IMG/VR virus record: IMGVR_UViG_3300021505_000001
Location: 1-64,000 of that record
Direction: 5' to 3' (one strand)
Length of the DNA stretch: 64,000 nt
DNA from: a virus
Position 1 is the stretch's first letter. Each line of letters begins with the position of its first letter. A program made the translations under genes and the position numbers. A model generated the notes under the pieces. The model was not told where the DNA came from. It searched no databases and was given only the letters and a program-made list of their open reading frames with translations. Shown piece by piece: positions 55,468 to 64,000 of this stretch.

Positions 55468-56058
55468 ATGAACACATACCATATTTGTGTAGATGGTAAA
55501 TGGTTTTGTGGTGAAGAAGATATTCAATCTTTACCAAAAGAGGATATACCTAATTTTATATATACCTATGGTGATTTTGCTATTAGAATGTCAGAGAGTG
55601 AAGAAGATGCAAAAGATGTGATTGGTAGAATAAATTTAATTAACAGTTTGAATAGAATACTAAATTGTATACAACCATCAGTAAAGATGGAAATTATTGA
55701 GAGAAGTAAAAATAGAAGTGTTGTAAGGTGGGCAAGTTTTAAAGAAACAAAAGGCATGCCTATTTCTATTAAAGGTTTTGATGGATGGTTTATTCAAGGT
55801 AAAAAAGGGCAACATTGGGAAAGTTATCTTGAAGCAATTGGTGAAAGTTTAATTCCATATGCAAATGCTATTCGTGAAAGTGTAATAAAAAATAATATTC
55901 GGTACAAAGGTTCTGAGCATATATATAGTGATAATGGAATTCCTGTCTTTGATAATAATACAATTGGAGTATTTTCATTTCATGCTTGGGGAGATATTAT
56001 GGCTGCTATATGGTCAGATATAGATAATAGAGATTATACCTATATAGATTTTATATAA
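55468..56058 (+). CDS. hypothetical protein
   Basis: Start corrected to the ATG after GAGG; FSFHAWGDIMAAIW C-terminal motif. Confidence 0.7.
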   Translation: MNTYHICVDGKWFCGEEDIQSLPKEDIPNFIYTYGDFAIRMSESEEDAKDVIGRINLINSLNRILNCIQPSVKMEIIERSKNRSVVRWASFKETKGMPISIKGFDGWFIQGKKGQHWESYLEAIGESLIPYANAIRESVIKNNIRYKGSEHIYSDNGIPVFDNNTIGVFSFHAWGDIMAAIWSDIDNRDYTYIDFI

Positions 56059-56083
56059 AGGCAAGTTATGTAGGAGGGTAATT

Positions 56084-56437
56084 ATGAATTTTTTACATCA
56101 ATTAAAGCCCGGTGATAAAGTTATAGTAAAGAGAGAAATTCCCACTACATCTATTCCTGTAATAGGTACAGTTAGTAGGTGTACAAAAAATTTGGTGGTA
56201 GTTTCCTTTAAAGGGAAAGAAGTATGGAAGTTTAAAAAGTCAAATGGACGTTTATATGGGGGAAGTGTTTATGAACCTTATTTTCTTATGGAAGCTACAC
56301 CAGAAAGAATTTCTGTGATAAAAGAGAGACAGAGACGTAAACGTCTGAAAGATAACATCAAAGATTTTGTTTTAAGTGATAAGTTGGATAAGTTAACAAG
56401 TGAAAAACTTGAAGCAATAGCAAAATTGTTAGTATAA
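56084..56437 (+). CDS. hypothetical beta-barrel protein
   Basis: LKPGDKVIV start; AGGAGG RBS. Confidence 0.7.
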   Translation: MNFLHQLKPGDKVIVKREIPTTSIPVIGTVSRCTKNLVVVSFKGKEVWKFKKSNGRLYGGSVYEPYFLMEATPERISVIKERQRRKRLKDNIKDFVLSDKLDKLTSEKLEAIAKLLV

Positions 56438-56477
56438 TTAGTATATAAAGAAATTTATAGGTATAAGGAGATAACCG

Positions 56478-58523
56478 ATGAAAATTGTAATAAAGAAAGA
56501 TAGTGAGCTTTTTAATAATTTAAATACAGCTTTTGCAGATTTTCAAGAGAAGAACGAGAATCTTTTTTTTGTAGATATCTCAAACGATGAATTGAATTCG
56601 GTGTTTAAAAAACACGTTAAAAAAACACCTATTTTTAGGAAAAGTTTTGAGTGGGACTGCTCGTGTTGTAGGCATTCTATAAGAGATATAGCTAAAGTTG
56701 TAACTATACAAGATAATAAAAAAATACCTTTTTTGCAGTATGTTTTGGATAAGTATGATTTAAAATCTAATTACTCATTTCTTCATGAAATGTTTTTAGA
56801 TTATATAGATATGGCTCGCTTGGCAAATATAAAGGGTCTTTTTTATTATAGGTATCCAGTGATAGGAGTAAAACAAAGTCTTGAATCTTCATCTGGTTTT
56901 ATTTTCCATCATGTTTATTTTAATGTCGCTCTTAAGTATCAAAGGATTAAACAAGATGAAAATAATAATTTTTTGGGACTGAAAGCAACTGTTACAAAGT
57001 ATTATCCATATACTAACATCTTAAAAGATGTTCTCTTTTATATTAAAGAAGGATTTATTTATAGGGGTACAGAAAAACAGAAGTTAATAGAAGATACAAT
57101 AGACCTTTTAACAAACAAATTTAGTATTAAATATAATGTAGATTTGTTTGTATGGGAAAATATTTTTTCTAGGGTTGCGAATTTTAACAATGATGTTATA
57201 TCTACTCTTGTGGATGACTTAATCAAGGATAATAGAAACGTAGAAAAAGCAATTGATTCTTATAATAAGAAAGTATCTCCTATAAATTACAGGCAACCAA
57301 AAGCCACAATTATTTCACCATCACAAATCAAACAGTGTGAATTGGATTTAAAGAGACTTGGGTATGATAATTTTGTTGAAAACTTTTCTTTTGCAAATCC
57401 TTCAGATATTTCAATATTGGATATCTTGTGGACTAGTAGGAAAGTTTCAGGAGGCAGATTGTCAGATTTATTGGTTGATAACGTAAAACAGCCAACAGTA
57501 AATGATAAAAATGTTACAAAGATTACATTCGGTGATTTTATTGAACTTTTGAAAACCACTAAAAATATAGAAATTGATAGTTCTGTTTTGGAAAAAGTTG
57601 TTTTGATTAAAGACAACTTTCCTAAACCAGTGTTTGCTTGGGACAATCATATAAATTTCTGTTATCAGACAGGATTAGCTGATGTTAATGATATGATAAG
57701 TAAGAAAGTAAAAAACAAAGGAGGTGTTATTGACGCTGAGTTAAGGTTTTCCTTGTATTGGGAAAACTTAGATGATTTAGATTTACACCTGGAGGATAAA
57801 TCTGCAAATTGTCATATTTATTGGAATCATAAACATGATCCTTACATTTCTTTCAAGTTAGATGTAGATATGAATGTTGAGTTTCCTGTTGCAGGTGCGG
57901 TTGAAAATATTTTTACAAAAAGAATTGAAAGTAAAGATATTGCACGGGAATTTTTGGTTTACGTTAATAATTTTAAGAAAAGAGAGAGATCACAAAAATG
58001 TTTATTGAATGTTTACCACAATAATAAGATAATAAAACAGTATATGTTTAAAAATCCTCCAGATGATAATAAGATTAAATTATTCAAATTTAAGATAGAC
58101 AAAGAAAAGAATATAATTTTTACTTGGTCTAACAAACAAGCGGAAAGAAAAGTACAGCATGAAACAAAGTTTGTTAAAGTTGATACTGTTCTGCTTTCAC
58201 CTAATTATTGGTTGGAAAATGGAAAAGGAAATAAACATATCTTTTTCCTTAAGAAAGGGGAACCTATTAAATTGACAAATATAAGACCCTATAATATAGA
58301 ACAATTGTTGCCTGAACTGGTAAAACACAGAAAGGTGCTACAGTTGTTATCAAAAAGGATAGAACTTAAAGGAAAACCACAACTTACTGGTTGGGGGATT
58401 TCATTTGGTAAGAAAAGAGAATTTATAATTAAAGTGAATGGTAGACCTTATAAACTTGTAATAGACCCAACTTATGAGTTACAAAAGTCTAATGTAAAAC
58501 AATTAAAAGTAGCTAATGTATAA
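56478..58523 (+). CDS. conserved large-phage hypothetical protein
   Basis: DCSCCR, YNKKVSPINYRQPK, LRFSLYW...DLDLH...LDVDMN...AVENI, SPNYW...GNKHIFF. Confidence 0.75.
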   Translation: MKIVIKKDSELFNNLNTAFADFQEKNENLFFVDISNDELNSVFKKHVKKTPIFRKSFEWDCSCCRHSIRDIAKVVTIQDNKKIPFLQYVLDKYDLKSNYSFLHEMFLDYIDMARLANIKGLFYYRYPVIGVKQSLESSSGFIFHHVYFNVALKYQRIKQDENNNFLGLKATVTKYYPYTNILKDVLFYIKEGFIYRGTEKQKLIEDTIDLLTNKFSIKYNVDLFVWENIFSRVANFNNDVISTLVDDLIKDNRNVEKAIDSYNKKVSPINYRQPKATIISPSQIKQCELDLKRLGYDNFVENFSFANPSDISILDILWTSRKVSGGRLSDLLVDNVKQPTVNDKNVTKITFGDFIELLKTTKNIEIDSSVLEKVVLIKDNFPKPVFAWDNHINFCYQTGLADVNDMISKKVKNKGGVIDAELRFSLYWENLDDLDLHLEDKSANCHIYWNHKHDPYISFKLDVDMNVEFPVAGAVENIFTKRIESKDIAREFLVYVNNFKKRERSQKCLLNVYHNNKIIKQYMFKNPPDDNKIKLFKFKIDKEKNIIFTWSNKQAERKVQHETKFVKVDTVLLSPNYWLENGKGNKHIFFLKKGEPIKLTNIRPYNIEQLLPELVKHRKVLQLLSKRIELKGKPQLTGWGISFGKKREFIIKVNGRPYKLVIDPTYELQKSNVKQLKVANV

Positions 58524-58532
58524 AAGGAGGTT

Positions 58533-58922
58533 ATGATGGATTATAAGAATTTTTTTAAAGCTTGTGAGAAGAATTTGTTTTTTGAGACTGAAAAAGGTGT
58601 TTTGTCTACGTATGATTTGTTTAGGCTGTCAACAGATAATTTGAAGAAAATTTATATCAAGCTTAAACAGAAGGCAATTGTAGATGATGACCCAATTCTT
58701 GCAGAAACACCTAATGAATATAAGAATGATTTGCTTCGATTTGAGATAGTGAAGGATGTTATACTGTACAGGCAAGAGAAGGCAAAAAGAAACGAACTGT
58801 TGGCTAAGAAGAAACAACTTGAAGATATGCTTAATCAAATTAAATTTAAACAATTGCAAGAAGATCCAACAGCAATTGAGAAGGAGTTGGATAAGATTAA
58901 AAAGTCTTTGGAAGAGGATTAA
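58533..58922 (+). CDS. conserved phage coiled-coil protein, typical partner of the preceding gene
   Basis: FETEKGVLSTYDLFRL...LRFEIVKDVI. Confidence 0.7.
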   Translation: MMDYKNFFKACEKNLFFETEKGVLSTYDLFRLSTDNLKKIYIKLKQKAIVDDDPILAETPNEYKNDLLRFEIVKDVILYRQEKAKRNELLAKKKQLEDMLNQIKFKQLQEDPTAIEKELDKIKKSLEED

Positions 58923-58958
58923 AAAGTCTTTGGAAGAAGATTATAAGATTAAATAGCA

Positions 58959-59002
58959 CATTTTCCTGATAGATTTTAAAATCTATCAGGAAAATGTTTT
59001 TT
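58959..59002 (+). terminator. intrinsic terminator
   Basis: CATTTTCCTGATAGATTT-T-AAAATCTATCAGGAAAATG followed by a T tract. Confidence 0.75.
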
Positions 59003-59016
59003 AAAAGAGGGAAAGA

Positions 59017-59673
59017 ATGATTACAGAATCAGTCTTAAAGAATTTTTTAGGTAAGGATTCTCTTCATGAAACACCTTATTATGACCATGAATTTACATAT
59101 TATACTGATGGCTTTGTAATATTAAGGATTCCTTCTACAGATAGTAAAACAGAGCTTACTACTGAGGAAAAAAGTATCATAAAACGAATTAAATCTTTGC
59201 CATGGCAGAATAATAAAGAGTTATTTCCAGAATGGGTTTCTTTACCAAAAGATGTAGAAATAAAACAGGAAATATGTTCTCGTTGTAATGGAACGGGAAA
59301 AGAGATGACATGTCCTGAATGTGAAGGTTTAGGTTATGTTAGTTGGGAAACAGAAAAGCATATATATGAAGCAGAATGTCTTGAGTGTAATGGCTTAGGT
59401 TATCTTTTACCAACTATAGTAGAAGATGATAGATTGCTAGAGTGTTCTGAATGTAAAGGTAAAGGAAAAATAGATAAGATAGAAATTGCATTAGAAGTAG
59501 CAGGTGTTTCTTTATCAAATGTCATGGTAAAAAAATTGTCTCTTTTACCTAATGTTAAGATTCTTGCAAAAGAGATAGGATATGAAATTTTATATTTTAG
59601 TTTTGATGATAACTGTGATGGATTAGTAATGGGTTATATACCAGGAAATTCTGTTAGTGCTGTTTCAAAGTGA
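59017..59673 (+). CDS. protein with DnaJ-type CxxCxGxG zinc-finger repeats
   Basis: CSRCNGTG, CPECEGLG, CLECNGLG, CSECKGKG. Confidence 0.8.
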   Translation: MITESVLKNFLGKDSLHETPYYDHEFTYYTDGFVILRIPSTDSKTELTTEEKSIIKRIKSLPWQNNKELFPEWVSLPKDVEIKQEICSRCNGTGKEMTCPECEGLGYVSWETEKHIYEAECLECNGLGYLLPTIVEDDRLLECSECKGKGKIDKIEIALEVAGVSLSNVMVKKLSLLPNVKILAKEIGYEILYFSFDDNCDGLVMGYIPGNSVSAVSK

Positions 59674-59849
59674 TAGTAGGATTACAAAAGAATTAGTTTT
59701 ACAGTACTTGTTTAAAGAGTTAGAAGATAAAGCAAAAACTTTTTTAAAGAATATGCCTACAATGGAAAGGAGGTGATGAAATATAAGTAAATATTAGGGT
59801 TATATGTAATAAATGAATTTTTAATTTTTAAAGAAAAAGGAGAAAATGT

Positions 59850-60719
59850 ATGAAGGAAAAAATGAATGTGAAAAGATTTATAGGTATCATCTTAATTTTG
59901 TTACTAATTGTCTGTACAAGTAAGTATGTTTGTGCTAGTCTTATAAAAATGTCTGATTGGGGGTTTGATCCTACTGGTACAGGTACAAATATAGTAACTC
60001 CTGTTGATGAAATTACATTACTTTCATTGACGTTGAACAATAGTTCGCCAACCTATTTTGGACATGGTACATTTAAAACGTTAAGTGCCATGCAGGCAGA
60101 ACATTTTCAAAACAATAACATAGCCATTACACCTACAAGCTTAGGTGTAATGTATGAGATAACAGGTGTTATGATTACGGAAGGATATTATAACCGTAAC
60201 TCAACTACAGGTTTAAATGATTTAACATTTACAAATGGAAGTTTGAATTTGTATATTGATAACACTTTAAATTATGGAACCGATAATGGTTTCTTTGGGG
60301 CTGATAATGGCAATCTGATTGCTTCTTTTGCATTGGATAGTGGGTCAGGAACTATGAATTATAATATACCATATCCTGATGGACGTACTGATCTGATTTG
60401 GAGGTCAACATATCTTGCCCCAGGTTATTGGTATGGTCCTAATCAGGTAGATATGTCAGGTGTAATGGAATTGGCAATTACCGATTCCAACAATACCATT
60501 ATTAGAAACCCTTCGATTATAGCTCAAAATGAGTTTACAGATAATACAGGCATGATATACACACAAGCTGGTGATGTAGCAGATATACAGAACTTTATTA
60601 GTTCTAATGGATCGCTGGCTCCAGCGGCTCCTGTTCCTGAACCTTGTACTTTATTATTGTTTGGTTCGGGTTTATGTTTTATAGGATTTGTAAGTAAGTC
60701 AAAAAGGATATTTGGATAA
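59850..60719 (+). CDS. PEP-CTERM sorting-domain protein
   Basis: N-terminal signal peptide; C-terminal PVPEPCTLLLFGSGLCFIGFVSKSKR (VPEP + TM helix + basic cluster). Confidence 0.92.
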   Translation: MKEKMNVKRFIGIILILLLIVCTSKYVCASLIKMSDWGFDPTGTGTNIVTPVDEITLLSLTLNNSSPTYFGHGTFKTLSAMQAEHFQNNNIAITPTSLGVMYEITGVMITEGYYNRNSTTGLNDLTFTNGSLNLYIDNTLNYGTDNGFFGADNGNLIASFALDSGSGTMNYNIPYPDGRTDLIWRSTYLAPGYWYGPNQVDMSGVMELAITDSNNTIIRNPSIIAQNEFTDNTGMIYTQAGDVADIQNFISSNGSLAPAAPVPEPCTLLLFGSGLCFIGFVSKSKRIFG

Positions 60720-60979
60720 CATAATTGTTGCCCTTGATAGATTAATTCTATCAAGGGCTTACTTTAAATATTTCTTTTTGAATAGATAAAGTTTTTTGAA
60801 AGGAGTAATATTTGATGAAAACTTTCTTTTTTGAAATATTTGGATTTCTTTACAAAAAACTTTGGGTTGAAGCTATAGTTATTACGAACTCTTGTTGAAT
60901 TTGAATAAATACTTTTATAGTATCTTCCTTTTTTGATTATAAGAGAGAAGATGCTGTTTATATTGTATCTGAAGATAGG

Positions 60980-61546
60980 TTGATTTGCATTATGAATACT
61001 GAAGAATGGCTTAAACAAAATACCTTTAGGTGTCCTATAGGACGTGTGTCCTTAAAACAGTGTGAATCATTAAGGAAACGACCTGTCTTTGGTGAAAAAA
61101 TATCATTGAGCACACCAAATGATTATAATTTATACATGCCAAGGGTGTGTGAGAAGTGTACTGAATGGAAAAAATTTGCTGACTCTTATAGGAATGAGTC
61201 TATAAAAAAGAAAGAAAATCGTAAGGAGAAGAATCAAATGAAGGAAACAGTTATTTGTAAAGAATGTGGAGGAAAGTTTGAACCTTATAAGAATGGGAAA
61301 AATATAATAACAAGTTATTGTCCTGAATGTTTAAGAATTAAAAAACAAAAAGGAATTTTGAAACGTAAGGTGGAAAAGAATGCTGAAAAACTGCTTTTTT
61401 GTATTCGTTTAACAGGATTTCCTAACTTATATGATCAACTTATAAAATCAGCAAACAAAAACATAAGGACTCCTGAACACCAGGCAATAGCTTATCTTGT
61501 TGAGAGTTTAGAAGCTGATGGTTTTAAAATTGAGAGGGAATACTAA
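60980..61546 (+). CDS. cysteine-rich hypothetical protein
   Basis: CxxC motifs; C-terminal RTPEHQAIAYL; probable start at ATG 60992. Confidence 0.7.
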   Translation: MICIMNTEEWLKQNTFRCPIGRVSLKQCESLRKRPVFGEKISLSTPNDYNLYMPRVCEKCTEWKKFADSYRNESIKKKENRKEKNQMKETVICKECGGKFEPYKNGKNIITSYCPECLRIKKQKGILKRKVEKNAEKLLFCIRLTGFPNLYDQLIKSANKNIRTPEHQAIAYLVESLEADGFKIEREY

Positions 61547-61588
61547 TTAAGAATAAAATAAATTATTGAAAATACAGGAGATATTTAT

Positions 61589-61789
61589 ATGAGTGAAACA
61601 ACTTTATATTGTATAGGAGGTGTTGAAAAAACTCATAAAATACAATTTCTAAATCAACAAAAAGATTTATTATTATCTTGGGCTAAAGGAATGGTAGGGG
61701 TTTTGCCTGTTTTCAATAATCTAAAAGATGCTATAGAATATGTTGGGGATAGTGATTTGGAAATATATTCCATTAAAGTGGAAAAATAA
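61589..61789 (+). CDS. hypothetical protein
   Basis: AGGAG RBS; 66 aa. Confidence 0.65.
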   Translation: MSETTLYCIGGVEKTHKIQFLNQQKDLLLSWAKGMVGVLPVFNNLKDAIEYVGDSDLEIYSIKVEK

Positions 61790-62025
61790 ATAGAAATTGT
61801 TATCTCTAACATATTCAAAAAACCATTATATAGAAAGAAAAGCCTTACTATGCTAAGTTCTGTTTTAAAAAATAACTTAGTCATTTGTATAAAACCATTT
61901 TTTAAGGAAGTAAAAACCTTGCAAGCAGTAAAGGTTTTTAGATATGTTGAAAGTAAATATAAACATCCGACCAATAGTAACCCACCTAAATTTCCATCCT
62001 GCATTGCATATTAAAGGAGTGATAA

Positions 62026-62202
62026 ATGATTACATCTATATCTTTTAAGTCTAAAAGACAAGAATCCCAATTAAATATATATTTTGAACAAGAAAATGTA
62101 ATAGTAGATATTAATGGTGAAGATATTGTTGAATTGGAATCTGAAGATGTTGTGTTGTTGCTTGACTTACTAAAAAGTTATGGGAAGAAAAGGGATATTT
62201 AA
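62026..62202 (+). CDS. small hypothetical protein (58 aa)
   Basis: AAGGAG RBS; MITSISFKSKRQESQLNIYF...; below the ORF-track cutoff. Confidence 0.55.
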   Translation: MITSISFKSKRQESQLNIYFEQENVIVDINGEDIVELESEDVVLLLDLLKSYGKKRDI

Positions 62203-62275
62203 AGATTTGTTTGTGGTGTAGTTTGTAAAACATCTTAATAGATATGTGATGATAAGTTGAGTAGAGGTTTGATAA

Positions 62276-62914
62276 ATGAAAGTTTCCATTTGTAAATGTA
62301 TATATTGTAAGTTTTTGGAGAGTATCAATAAAAAAGAGAATACTCTATCTTGTATACTTGAAAATGGTGAAACTTTATCTTTACCTATTTTAATAGATGC
62401 TGCTACTATTCAAAAGGTTGTGGATTGCCCAAGGGAAGATAATACTGTAAAGATTAAAGTAGTTAAAGATAATGATGGAATTGAAATGCCTTTTTATGCT
62501 ACTCCAAGTTCATCAGGGTTTGATTTAATTGCATCTGAAATGGTACTATTGAAACCAGATGAAAGAAAGTTAATACCTACAGGATTAAGATTTGAAATTC
62601 CTGATGGTTACGAACTTCAAATAAGACCACGTTCAGGAATATCTTTGAAAACTTCTATAATAATGCCTGATTCTCCTGGTACAATAGATGCTGATTATAG
62701 AGGTGAAATTCAAATAATACTTTGGAATACAAGTAATAAGGAGAGTTATACTGTTAATAAGGGAGATAGGATAGCTCAGGGTGTTTTGATTAAAATTGAA
62801 AGAGCTGAGTTTGTTGTGGTTGATGAACTTACAAAAACTATTAGACAAGAAGGTGGTTTTGGTCATACAGGATACTGTGTAAAAGAAGCAAATTTTTGTC
62901 AGAAAAGGGATTAA
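62276..62914 (+). CDS. dut: trimeric dUTPase with an N-terminal Cys-rich extension
   Basis: SGFDL, RPRSG, GTIDADYRGE, GDRIAQ, RQEGGFGHTG (motifs I-V). Confidence 0.95.
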   Translation: MKVSICKCIYCKFLESINKKENTLSCILENGETLSLPILIDAATIQKVVDCPREDNTVKIKVVKDNDGIEMPFYATPSSSGFDLIASEMVLLKPDERKLIPTGLRFEIPDGYELQIRPRSGISLKTSIIMPDSPGTIDADYRGEIQIILWNTSNKESYTVNKGDRIAQGVLIKIERAEFVVVDELTKTIRQEGGFGHTGYCVKEANFCQKRD

Positions 62915-62917
62915 ACA

Positions 62918-64000
62918 ATGAAAAATGAAGAGATTGTTAAATTCCGTTTAGGCGAATTTTTCTGCGGTCCTGGAGGACTCGCAATGGGTGCAAAGCTCGC
63001 TTCTGTAAAAAAGGAAAATAAAGTTTATTGCATTGTACATGCATGGGCTACTGATTATGACCATGACAGTTGTGAAACGTATCGGACAAATATATGCCCA
63101 AATAAACCAGAAACTGTTATTTGTGAGGATATACATAAATTAAAAATCGATAAACTAAGAAGTATTTCAGAGATTGATGCTTTTGCTTTTGGTTTTCCGT
63201 GCAATGATTTTAGTATTATTGGAAAACAAAAAGGAATTAACGGTATATATGGTCCCCTTTACAAATATGGAGTAAAAGCTATTCGTTTATTTAAGCCTAA
63301 ATTTTTCTTAGCAGAAAATGTTGGGGGGCTTAGAAGTTGTAATAATGGCAAAACATTTTCATTAATACTTAATGAGTTATTTGATTCAGGATATTCTGTT
63401 TATCCGCATTTATACAGTTTTGATAAATATGGAGTTCCTCAGACTCGACAAAGAATAGTTATAGTAGGAATAAGACAGGATATTAATATAGTTTTTAAAG
63501 TTCCGTCTCCAAAACCATACCAATATATTGATGTAACATGCAGAAATGCTATTGAGAACCCCCCTATATCAAAAGATGCTCCGAATAATGAATTAACACG
63601 TCAATCGAAAACAGTTATAGAACGATTACGCTATATCAAGCCTGGGGAAAATGCGTTTACTGCAAACCTGCCAAAGCATTTACAGCTTAATGTTAGAGGC
63701 GCAAAAATGAGTCAAACTTATAAAAGATTAAATCCTGATAAACCCGCATATACGGTAACTGGAAGTGGCGGGGGTGGGACACACATGTATCATTGGAAAG
63801 AAAATCGTGCCTTAACAAATAGAGAAAGAGCAAGATTACAGACATTTCCAGATGATTTTGTTTTTATTGGTTCAAAAGGAAGCGTTAGGAAACAGATAGG
63901 AATGGCAGTCCCATGTATAGGAGCAAAAATAATCTTTGAATCAATTTTAAAATGTTTTGCAGGAATTTCATATCCGTATATTGTTCCAAATATGGAGCCA
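62918..64000 (+). CDS. C5 cytosine DNA methyltransferase, runs off the window
   Basis: Manual translation: LGEFFCGPGG (I), FGFPCNDFS (IV), AENVGG (VI), PQTRQR (VIII), RARLQTFPD (IX), QIGMAVP (X). Confidence 0.93.
   Translation, partial: MKNEEIVKFRLGEFFCGPGGLAMGAKLASVKKENKVYCIVHAWATDYDHDSCETYRTNICPNKPETVICEDIHKLKIDKLRSISEIDAFAFGFPCNDFSIIGKQKGINGIYGPLYKYGVKAIRLFKPKFFLAENVGGLRSCNNGKTFSLILNELFDSGYSVYPHLYSFDKYGVPQTRQRIVIVGIRQDINIVFKVPSPKPYQYIDVTCRNAIENPPISKDAPNNELTRQSKTVIERLRYIKPGENAFTANLPKHLQLNVRGAKMSQTYKRLNPDKPAYTVTGSGGGGTHMYHWKENRALTNRERARLQTFPDDFVFIGSKGSVRKQIGMAVPCIGAKIIFESILKCFAGISYPYIVPNMEP

Noticed and set aside
61654-62014. Minus-strand 116-aa ORF versus plus-strand 54-aa ORF (61850-62014)
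   Set aside because: Neither has a clear RBS or motif; strand cannot be decided
1-64000. Genome-wide stop-codon reassignment
   Set aside because: Long genes are intact in the standard code, and TGA and TAG terminate clear genes (TGA at 10432, 17870, 59673; TAG at 23880)

Overview
This window is a 64-kb internal segment of a large, AT-rich dsDNA tailed bacteriophage genome read in the standard genetic code. The host is probably a Gram-negative bacterium, inferred from a phage-borne PEP-CTERM gene. The replication/recombination/repair set comprises a RecA/UvsX-like recombinase, gp32-like SSB, UvsY-like mediator, intein-containing DnaX clamp loader, beta clamp, primase, DnaB helicase, a UDG-fused family A polymerase with a mini-intein, a resolvase, UvsW- and Hel308-like helicases, and Mre11 with a split Rad50. 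There are also two sigma-like factors, HU, dUTPase, a C5 methyltransferase, a minus-strand block of virion/tail genes, and ADP-ribose- and PRPP-related enzymes. The most striking unexplained element is a ~1.0-1.5 kb minus-strand non-coding transcription unit (about 9851 to 8312). It has its own promoter and terminator, nested long-range helices, GNRA hairpins, and G-U wobbles that all favour the minus strand. This points to a giant structured RNA, lying next to an HTH gene and an iteron/IHF-site repeat region. Other notable signals are an unannotated 84-codon gene with an in-frame UGA followed by a hairpin (candidate phage selenoprotein), a recurrent AAAACATT putative late-promoter motif with a gp55-like sigma, a quadruplicated operator-containing promoter, and a covarying triple-hairpin element. 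All annotations come from motifs read by eye; no database searches were run.
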